This document shows positions 13,901-25,214 of a stretch of 64,000 nucleotides of DNA, piece after piece. The notes below the pieces were generated by a model. It worked only from the letters and a program-made list of their open reading frames with translations, was not told the origin of the DNA and did not search any database. Within the stretch, counting starts at the first letter, position 1, and each line of letters starts with the position of its first letter. The DNA comes from Saccostrea cucullata. Lineage: Eukaryota. Location: positions 310,001 through 374,000 of the forward strand of contig NW_026931035.1 of the NCBI RefSeq assembly GCF_032062105.1. The letters run 5' to 3'. A program made the translations under genes and the position numbers.

Positions 13901-16900
13901 ACAATTTGAAGTGCATTAACAAGTTCCCCTGTATCTTAACATGCAGTATGAAATTACCGTAATTGTTTGGGGGCTTTTTTCATTGTGCTGGACACGTGTT
14001 TGGTTTGCTCAGCCTTGAGTGATGTTTTTTGTTCTTTTTACTGCCTGAAATGCAAACAAGTGGAAATCGATTCTAAAACATCGACATATGTTCTTGTTTG
14101 GCCTCGATAAAAAATACCACTGACTATTAAAATTCCTGCCATGGACACGTTTACTTTTCCAAGCTAGCATTCTGACTAAGGCCTTCAGGGTTACTAAAGT
14201 TATCTTCTAAACAAAAATAGTATTCAGCTTTAAACTGCACTGGGAAATTCTAGGTCAAGATAATATGTTTTTTGTAAAATAAAAATGCAAATTAAAACAA
14301 ATGATTGCAAAATTTCTCAGTACCCAGGGATAAATTGACTTCCATGAACTGAGTAGAGCTATAAGCTGGCTGATGGGAATGGAAGCACATTTGGTTAATA
14401 TTAAAATTTCTACAGAAGCAATGGTTATCCAATACTACTGGTCACTAACCTCCAGAATGCCAGAACAGGTCATAGTGACCCTTGGCCAAACAGAAAATGA
14501 AGTAATGATATATTTTTCTTATCTGGTAAAATGATAACGAGAAAATGGCAAATAACAAAACTGAGGCCGGGCCTGGGGGGTTTTCCAATCCAGATGACCA
14601 ATGAAAAAAATGTGTGGGAAGCCATCACTGGGAGTCAAATATTTTGATGTTTTTAATAGTATGGTGTAGGTTTATAGAGGTCTTTTATTTTAATTGAACC
14701 TAACAAAATAAATGTTTACTCAATTTAAAACAAAGCTGGAATTCAGACAGGGAGAAATCAAGATCAGCATTTAAAAATTCTTTATATGATGCAAGACACA
14801 TTTAATTTTTTTTAAATCTTTATTTTCAAAATTTATACATTAAAATTTGGTTTATTTTAATTTCTAATGAATGCAAGATATATTCATTTCAAATCTAAGA
14901 GAGAGAGAGAGAGAAAATTCCTAGAGAATAAAGGTTTTTTGGTCTTATTGAGAAATTATACAGAGTTGCGAGTAAGTATGTGGGATGGGTTTTCATTTGC
15001 CCTTTGACCTGGTCAGTCATAAGTTTTTATTTCCCAGTGGGTCGGGGAATTTCCTTACTTTATTTTGTTGAAAGTGAAAAGTGTTCCCAAGTCACAGTCT
15101 GTTATGCGAGTTCATAAGTTGATTGTCAAATGTGTAGTCTCTTGATGGAAAAATATATTTCATTAGGAAGTGGAAAAATGTTCAATGCATCCAAAATCAC
15201 CAACGAAGTAGAGGAGGAGACAAGATCACAATAAATCAAAAAGGCAGAGTACTGGTTACATTAGTTCAAAAGCACAACGGGGACCTGCTAATTCTGTTTT
15301 AAGTGTGGAGCAGAGAGCTGGGTGTATCGTTACATGATCGTTTTATCGCTTAATCAAAGATATTATCATATCTGATAGAAAAATTATCCCAAAGTGGATG
15401 TTTATTGCATAAGAAATTATGCTTTTGTATGCAGAATATATACTTGATATCATTTGAAACAGAAATGCAGTAGGGTGAAGAATAAGAATTTTCTTTTCCA
15501 AAATAGGTTGAGTGAACTCTTCATTTTATTTATTCAACTTATGTTGAGAATTGCATGTATTTTTTGTTCCATCAAGATCTGGCTATCATAAATAGGAAAA
15601 GCTTGAATTGATTCATGATGGATGACAGCATCCCTTTTGAAAGAGTGACTATAAAGCCCAGCCCTTCTAATGACCAAAGAGCTCTCTTATAAATGGTCAG
15701 TCTTTCGTTATTGGGATAAAAATGTATCTTTCAGAAAATCTGTCAAAACAGTTATTGATTGACCGTCATACAAACAAATGTGGAGGATAATTTTTTCTGA
15801 CCTTGCGGTTCAGATGCAGGGCAAGACAATGGTCACTTAGCAATGGTCACTTAGAAGGACCGGTTCCTGGAAGTCGTGTTTTGTAGCAAAAACTGCAGAA
15901 ACCTCTGAGACACAGACGGTGTGGGTGTAAGATGCTCTGCATCAGAACACGTCCTCAGAATTTAACTGGAAAACAAGAGCTTTAATTCAGATGTGATAAT
16001 GAAATGATTTGCTGTGATTAATAAAATTATGTATCCTTCAAATATATCTATGTACATAAAGTACATAACCCAGTCACATTAAAATTGGGTTATTATAAAA
16101 AAAAGATCTTAGAAGAAAAGAGTAAGTAGCAAACATATTAGCAAACACATTTCATGCAAATATAAGTGAATTCTGGGCTAAGTACAAAAAAAAAAAAAAA
16201 AAAACAATTCATTTTTTCTTATAATGATAAGAAATTGTTCAGGTCTTAATTGTGTAACATGTCCCAGCCCATTGAGTATAATGTAAACAGCTGATAAATT
16301 GGTCCTGGGTTCAAATTCCACTTGTAAAAATTAAAACCTGTCATTTAGATTGGATATACACAAGTCTTGTGCCAGAGTAAGCAATGGGACCTTAATGTAA
16401 GCGGTGACAGGTGATTAAACAAGTAATTTGTTTTTTGCTTACATTCATCTTACGGGGTTTGAGACTGAAGGGTACCTTGCATGATGCAAAAATTACTAAA
16501 GACCCAAGAAAGCAAGTGATTAAAAAAAAAACCAAAGCTGTTTATTGCAAAATAAAAGCAGTGGGAGGGCCAGCTAATCCAATAGATTTTTGTGAGTGTT
16601 TTATTGATGTGGGGAGGAAATATGTTTTGAGAGATGACAAATCTGAAGAGATAGGAAGTAGAGAGTTCAAACTCAGGCAACTTGGTCATTATAGTAGAAA
16701 AATATGTCCTTCAAAGGCAGAAAAAAATACTTCTTTTCATGCTTGTTTAATTTGTCTTTGGGTTGGGACTTTTTACGAGCTTTCACTAAAAAGATGAATA
16801 AATACTTTTTTTTATTTTATCAGCTTCATTAAATGGCCAAAGGCAAAAGCGGTACAGTAATTTGACGTGAAATGGATTTCTGGTCCTGGTCAATATATTG

Positions 16901-18740
16901 GATAAAATAGTATGTGATATGCATTTTTGTGGCCGTGGGTCAGTTTGACCGGGATATTGATTTCCGTGTTCCATGGTCATTTAATACAAAAATGGACATC
17001 CCAGATAAAAAGATGGGGCCCGATACCAAAACCAAACTGATAAATTATGGAGATTAAAAGCCCTTTTATTAGTCCTCCTGAATATTTATATGTAAGATAA
17101 GTTTTTGTTAGTGGGACCTCTGATTAAACATGGACATAAATCTAAAGTCCAGTTGTAATTAGGATATGTTTTTGCCATTGGTTAATTAAGAAACTCTGGA
17201 GTTTGGCAATGAATCACGATATAAATAGGTTTAAGTTCCTTTAGTGGGTACGTAGATTTCAAATGAGGAGGGGTCTAGGTTTGTTTTTATCTACAGGGTT
17301 ATCAATAAAAATGATTTGCACTTCATGGGATGTTTTGACCGCTCCCCCATCGAAAAACTAAGCAAACAATACGAGTTGTTGTTTAGTGTCCAAACGATCA
17401 ATAGGTTTTAGCCGATAAAAAACGTAAATGGTCATAACATTACCGATGGTCACATGGGATACATGTAAGTTTCAATTTAGATACTTGCAGGTAAAATTAA
17501 ATTTATATCTTAGTTCTTAAGTTTAAAATGGTTTTTCAAAAAAGTTTTTTTTGTTGTTTAATGATATGGTTCTAATTTGTATTCAACAAGCAATTGATCA
17601 ATATTCGTGGTCACTCCAACTTTTTCTGTTGTTATCTATGTTTGGTCAAGAGGGATTTAAAATAAGAAAATCTGGTCGCATAACTTTCAATAAATTATGA
17701 TGATTTAGTGTAAAACTGAAAGGCTTTGACAGAAATGAGATGCAAACTGTTTTTCCTTGGTACTTTTGTCCACACGCTGACCCTCCATTTACTCTCAGCC
17801 AATATATGCACGGTCAGAGCATGCATAGGCATCTCCGTTAAAATAAAACATGTCTGTTTGTTTGTGGACATTACATGAGAGAGTGTCAGCATGAAATCAC
17901 TGGACATTTCTGTAAGTGTTTTTCTGGTACATGTATATAGGGTAAAGAAATAGCTTTTTAACTTCAAGACATTCTAAGTTTTGGGAACCCTTAATATTAA
18001 AGATCAGTTAATTTTGGGGATGCTGACAAAGTTTTACATTTTTTCCTCTTTTTTTCTTTGAATATTTGAATTTTATTATTATTTAAAAATTTTTTTTTGT
18101 CTTTTTTGTTTTTTGTTTTCATGATAAATGACATTTTGCTCGAGTTCTTTGAGGGGTATGACTAAGTTGACAGGGGTCACGGAGTAAGCTGATAAAAACT
18201 TTAGCTTTTAGATAACAGACAAAATGATTTAGATACAAGTATAAATTGTTTGTTTCCTATTGTTTGAGATATGATAACTGATTTACCAGTATATCATGTC
18301 ATCATCAGCTAAATTTTGTATTACATGTAATTGTTTTGCTTTTACGCATAATAACCCCTATTTTTATCAAATTTTTTTTGGTTGTAAAAATGTAAAATAT
18401 AAGGGAAGGCTTTTTTCTCATGGTTATTAATTTGATCTTTATTTTCAGTGACACTAGGTTCAAAAGTAAGAAATAGTACCAAGACAGTTTTTATTGGTGG
18501 ATTCAAATATGAAGATCAAAGTGACTGTCGCTTTTGAATCTAATTCCCTTAAAAACATTAAATTTATCATTTCCTTAAGAAGGGAATTTTTAGGAAATAT
18601 TTAGTTTCAATGGTATCAATTATTAATGGGTGTTGTAGGTCATTTTTCAGCTGTTGCACATTTATAAGTAATTAATATAAATCCTAAATGTTTCATATAT
18701 ATCTCTGTCTGTTTTCATATTTGTACAAATCAGACCATTA

Positions 18741-18833
18741 CCTTTGTTTTTCCATCTGTTTTAGGTAAGTCAGAAATCTAAAGATGGTTGTAGAAAAGTT
18801 ACAGGTACCTCCATATACAATTGATATGTAAGT
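18741..18833 (+). other. Candidate recursive splice site (ratchet point) with 63-nt cryptic exon
   Basis: CCTTTGTTTTTCCATCTGTTTTAG|GTAAGT (junction 18764/18765) and a second GTAAGT at 18828. Confidence 0.6.
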
Positions 18834-21800
18834 AATGCTTATATTTACCTGAAGCACATCATTTTTATTATCGCATTTCAGAAATACATTCTAAATCTCT
18901 TTCAACTATTTTCATTTATTTTGGTCTAAATTAAAATATGACCATTACAACTTAATGCTCAAACATATGTAATTCATCACTTTAAAGAATTAATTTGTAT
19001 TGGTAGCCCCAATAAAGTTTAAATTTGATTAGATTACTATCCAAAGTTCTCGAGAGACTGCAAAAGAAACAAAAATACCCATCTAAATACATGATCTCTT
19101 AGATTAAAATTTCTAATTAACAAAATGTTACACCATTTTATTCCCTGTAAATCTAACATTTTGGAAAATTAATTTCTAGCATTATATAACTAAAGCCATG
19201 ATTAGGCCGCAAAAATCCTGGAGAGATTATAGGTTCTGATTAATGATTTCAGGGGGTTTTCAAAGGATTTGTTTAATTAGTCAATTTTTCGGAGGGTTAT
19301 CAGTAAAGTTGCATAAGGAGGGTGGCTGTAATATTTTAGTGCCTGTCTTATCTCCGCTGGAGTAAGCTGTTTTAACTTGTCCACTCCTCAGAGTGGACAT
19401 ACTGAGTCAGAGGGTCAAACAAATAGCCATGTTGTAATCTCCACCAAAAGTTAATTTGACCCTTTCAGTTTAAGACCTCTCGCTGACTAAACAAATGTTT
19501 TATGGGGGGAGGAATTTTAAATAAACTGGCTTTTCTTGTCTAAAAGAGGAAATAAAATAGCCATGAAGAAACTTAAATGTAGTTCTGTTGGATAATTTAC
19601 CCCAAAATTACAACTTTACATTATTTACTTCTTTCCTATCTACCTACAATTTAGGGTCAATCTAAGAAACTTTTAACTAAGATAATTTTCACTTGATCTC
19701 CAAATTGTTAGAGGAACAAAAGAAGATTGTGAAACAAATGTTGAAGTGAATCACTTGCACATATTTTTTATTCTTCATTTTAACATACCTAGACTTTTAA
19801 AAGTGAATTGGTGAATTGTAAACTGACCATTATAGATGCTTAACCATGTTAACAATACTTTGAAAGTTAACAAAGAAGATATCTTTATGTAAAAAAAAAA
19901 AAAAAAAGAAGAAATAAAGTAGTAAAAAATTAACTTGAGGTGTATTGAATTTGACCACTTCCTGTAAATGGTTGAATGCTGTGTGTGTGGGATGTTTCAC
20001 ACTGGCCGTTTATCTGTTATACCCTTTTTATTTCTCAGATGTTCAGGTAATAGCCTTAGCATGGATCTCTCTGTGTAAATACAACTCTGGCCACTGCCCT
20101 ACAACTGGTCAGTATTGGTTATCAAGGTCATTGACCAGCCCACTAGTCACACCTGGTTCCAAAAATTAGGGCAGGTACTTCAGAAAAACATACATAGGTT
20201 ACTGTATTTATAAGAGTTTTTTTTTTAAGTTTATGCCATCATTTTTGTACAGTAGATTTATGGAAATAATCTTTTAATTAAAAAAAAACTAAAAAGGAAC
20301 ATCATTCTTAATTTGTAATTATAAAAAAAATTTAGAAGTAAATCCAATTTCCATCCAGAGTTTTATAGAAATTAGGGGATTTTTTTTTAATCAAAATTAC
20401 CTTGAAGATACCCCACCCCCAAAAAAATGTGAAAGTAAAAAAAAAATTAAAGTTGATATAAAGTGATTAATGATTGAATTTAGAGGGAGTGGTGGGCCTT
20501 TATAATGATAGAGTGAACTGAGTACAAGTAAATAGTGAATGTGTCCGTGCTGGACCAAGAAGTATTTGGTCAAAAGCTATAAACCAGACCATGTCTAAAC
20601 AACAAGCATTGTGTCATAAAACAATTTACACAAGATAGAAGGACCCATTTAAGTCAACAGTTGTTAAATAACATTTATTTGATATTCTGAAACAATAAAG
20701 CAGATAAGATTTAATCTTCGGCTTTTGCACCCCCTTTCATAAACTATTTAGTATATGTACTTGGAAACAAGATACTCAACTTGCTCTTAAATAGTTATAA
20801 AGTTTGCAATAAATAAAAAGAAAAGAGTAAAATTAGTTTATCTAAGTATTACTTTAAAAAAAAAAGATTAATTTTTTGACACACAAAAAAAAATTTCAAA
20901 CTGACAATTCACATTAAAGTTACTGTCAGAAAAATTCAGCATAAAATTCAAGTTCGGCATACTCAAATATTTTTGAAGCTGAAAAAAGTAAAAGTATTGG
21001 AAAAAATATTATATTTAGGAAGTTTATTTGTTTATTTTCTCCTTGTTTATTTGGACAAAATAAACTAAAAATTCTCTTTGAAATACTGACTTTACCATTA
21101 ATTTCTCACAAAAGATAAGCACTCTATTCTGGTCTTTGAGGAAACCTAGAGCTGTGGGTCAGTCCGAATAACTGAAGCAACATGATGGTTTTTTCTCAAA
21201 GATCAGAGCTATTCCCTCTGGTCAGTTTTGAGATAAGATAAAACTGAGTTATAAAGTACAGAGTGGGTCACCCATTAGATTGTTTACTGAATGTGTTTTT
21301 CTCAATGAGAACTCGTGGATGTTTTTAGCTGCCTGTCCGCACACACCAGATTTAGACGTAGAAATATCCTAGTTTTCTTTATAAACATGAATGACCCCAG
21401 TGATTTTCACTTCAATTCATACAGGTTTGAATTCTTAATTAATTTTGACTTTTTTTTTACAGCGAAAATATTTGAGTTTCAAACAAAACATTTTTTTTCC
21501 ATGAACTATTTAAATATCATGCTATCATTTTTTTTCTCAAGAAATAAAATCATGACTAATATTTGGTTAACATTCAGCATCTTTCAATGAAGACAACATA
21601 ATTCAAAAAAAATAATTTATTAGGAAGAAAATGGGAAAATGATTAGTTAGCCACCTATCTGAATTCTTACTGAATCAGTCACATTTTATATTTTTTTCAG
21701 TAAAACCTATATTCTGTGTTTTGATGCATTCTAAAAACTTTTAAATTTTTGACTCTTAAATAAGAGAGATGATTGATTAAGAGTGGAGATTCATCAGAAA

Positions 21801-22483
21801 ACAGGATCAACTGATTTTTAACCACAGGATCCTTTATTGAACAAATACTGTTTCCTGTTTTTAATTATCTTCTGTGGTATAAGTGACCTTGATTTGGTCT
21901 CCACACTTTAAATGTTCCCTTATATGACAAAACCTAGAGATTTTTATTATTTTCCTGCACAAATCTGTGTAAGATTTCACCTATTAACCTACCCCTGATT
22001 TAGACAGGAAGAGGATCTTACAGAACTTGAAGGTCGATCCTTATATAATTTCTATCCCCAACCAAAAATTATTCATCTTTCCAAATACTCAAAGTCCAGT
22101 AAAGGAAAAGAACTGCATAAAAGTTTTTTACACCCTATATTTAGACAGAAAAGCCCCTCCTATCCCCAACCCATCCCCCTCCCCAAAAAGATTTCATCAA
22201 TGTACCTACCTGGGGATTAGACAGGAAAGTGCCTCCTACACCCTCACCCTTCACACCCCCCAAAATAATTATCTTCTCAAACCAGAAGTATGCTTGCAAA
22301 AAAAAAGGCTCCAAAAAACTCTGCACAAAACTGCATCAATATACATGTATCTTCACAAGGTTAAGGCCGGAAAACCCCTTTCTATCCCCCCTCCCCCCAC
22401 GAAAAAGTTAATAAAAAGTTAATCTCCCCAAACAAAGGCCGCCTGCAGCTTCTGATTACATATCATATAAATACTGTAGCTGT

Positions 22484-22614
22484 CAGGCACCTGCTGTTAA
22501 TTATTTTTCTTGTAATAAAAAAATATACTCCCTACCTAATAATAAACTGTTTATTAATAGGTAGGCGGGGTATATCTTTTTATTACAAGAAAAATAAGTT
22601 ATGTCAGGTGCCTG
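22484..22614. repeat. ~130-bp near-perfect inverted repeat (foldback/MITE-like)
   Basis: CAGGCACCTG..TTATTTTTCTTGTAATAAAAA..CTACCTA is mirrored by TAGGTAG..TTTTTATTACAAGAAAAATAA..CAGGTGCCTG. Confidence 0.85.
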
Positions 22615-25007
22615 TGCATATAAATTATTGTGCTTTTCTCTGTGCTGTTGACCATTTGTTTAGAGAGTATAACTGCTTTACCGGTTTACCCATTTCAAAA
22701 TACAATGTAATATGACAGTTAAGTTTGTAAAAACTTAATAATTTATGTAACATCACCACCCCTCCCCCCTCCACACACCCACACAGTTTCTGATTTATGT
22801 AAGCTTAGTTGTTATGCATATATAGATAAGCTTTCAAGAGTTGTCACACTTTAGTTTTAAGATGAAAAAAAAAGTTACATAAAGATATTTGAAAGAATGC
22901 AAAGTAGCAAAATGCAGAGACAGTGAATTGTTAAATTTGTCATGAGTTTTATGGATTAGGTCTCACTACGTCATTTCTCTTTTCCTGTTAAATGACCATT
23001 TCCTCCGTTTGAGAAAATAATGTAGTCATTGTGACACATACACAATAAACAACCCTTAAAAAATTCGCTAACTGACCCATATACCACTAGCTAAAACTAG
23101 CCACACATCTGTCCAAAAAGGAAGAAAAAAAATGTAAGTTTTATCTTCCTCTCTGAAAATATAGAGAAAGTTCTGAATTTAAATCTAAGCAATTTTTATT
23201 AAGTAGAAATTTGTTTTTTTTTTTTTATTCAATACTAAGGATCATATTTATGGTTCTCTATCTTATTATTTTATGCACTTTTTTTAAAAAGAAATTTTAC
23301 AGTTAGTAATTGTAGTATTATGGTATCAATTCATAAGGTTGCATTCATTGACACATGAAATGGTAGTTAAAAAAAGGGAAACAACTGTGGATAAAAAGAG
23401 CACCTGTTCTCATTACTGAGACATGGCAGGGTATCATGTAAATTGCTGATGAAGCTATATCATTAAAATTTGGACTCAGAAATAGGAGTACTTCCTGTAT
23501 AGGAGTAACAAAATTATTGCTTCTCTTATCATATTTTTTTTCATGGAAAATTCTATTTCAGTTTCTTTCAATATAAATCAAAATGCAAAATATTTGAGAG
23601 AAAATAAAATCTAAAAGAAAAACTTTCATAGGAAAGAAAAAAATTCATTACATGTGTCCCCCCCCCCAAATTGTGATATTTTACACACTGCATTGTGTTT
23701 TAAATACATATTTTCATAATGTGCTAACATGGCTGTATTACTTGCACACTTCTAGTGCAATGCAAAAAAATGCTCATTCTATATTGATCAGACAACTTAA
23801 TTGTGAGGAAAAATTTTAAAATACAGTCAAAATGCTTATAAATACTGTATGCATCAACACGTTATTATCATTTATGCCTTCACGACTGATTTTAAAGCCT
23901 ATGGGAAGTAACTCTAGGAGATACCAGAGACTGGTACGGTACTATTTTTTCTCTCACAATTGCTGCGTTCTTTATCCAAGTCCAAAGTACCAAAGAGCAT
24001 GAAGATTATCTGTCCAATTTTTCAGGGAAGGGAATAAAACCATTGCTGTTTTGTCCCAATGTAAGGGTTTTGTTATAAGGAAGGTATAAATATTACAAAA
24101 TGATTAATTTGAGTTCTCCATATATCTTTGGTTTCCTGTTTCTCAACAGTTTAACACTGAAACATCAAAGATTGTTTTTTTTTCACACAGATTCAATCGA
24201 ACACTTGATACAAGTAACAGGAAAGGGAACTATCAGAGTCAATAGCATTATGTCTGTCTCACACTCAAATTATGGGTGGGCCCTGAAAATTAATTAATAT
24301 CATTTTTATTTTTTTTCCATTAAAAAAACTAAATATGAAGGCCTGAACTACCAGGACTTGACTATGAGAATATTACATGGTACTTGTATCACTATTCCTG
24401 TTACAATCGTGAGAAAGACAAAAAATTAACAACAAATGTTAGAACTTTGCTCTTTAACCTGAACAAGTGTTATTTTAGGATTTTTTCCATTAAAATGAAA
24501 AAAAAAAATTGACTCATATCAGAATTATGTATCAAACTTCAACTGATAAGGTTTCTACTTTAACTTTTTTGGTAAGTTTAAAAAAAAAAAGATTTTTACT
24601 TCTTTTTTAACTATTTTTATTTGTTTCAATTTTATGCAAATAATTATTTTCACCATGTTCAATTGGTCCATTATAATTAAAAAAAAAGATTCTTTTAGGA
24701 TTCTTGCACTTGATTTTTGTGCCATATTGCAGATTTTGAAAACTAATTCTTTTTAGGGAGTAATTGATAAAAAAAAAATAGATTCTGAAGCTAAAACAGA
24801 ATTAGAAGATCTCTGTAGATCTATGAGTAACTTATGAGTAAATTAAATGTCTTGATAAAGGAGTTATAATCCTTTTTCATTTCTTTTTGCACTTTTTGTT
24901 TCCCAGGCTTGACCATAGCAAAGTGAAATGAGACTGAAAAAAAAGATAAGAGTTAATGTCTCCTTAAAAAAATAATTTCTGTGAAAGAGAGAGAGACAAA
25001 AAGATTA

Positions 25008-25214
25008 CTGTGAAATCACAAATTTTCGAGGGGTTTAATTTTCGTTGTTTTCAAGATATGAAGAGACCCACGAATTCATGTCCACCACGAAATGTAAAAT
25101 ATTAAGTACATGACTACTCAACATTTCTTCACCCACGAATTCAAATCCCCATGAAGCAAGAGCTTTTACTCAAGCCACGAAACTTTGACTCCACTAAAAT
25201 ATGTGATTTTACAG
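25008..25214. mobile_element. TA-flanked MITE (Tc1/mariner/pogo-type)
   Basis: TIRs CTGTGAAATCACA / TGTGATTTTACAG with TA on both sides. A second, highly similar copy lies at 60618-60828. Confidence 0.85.
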
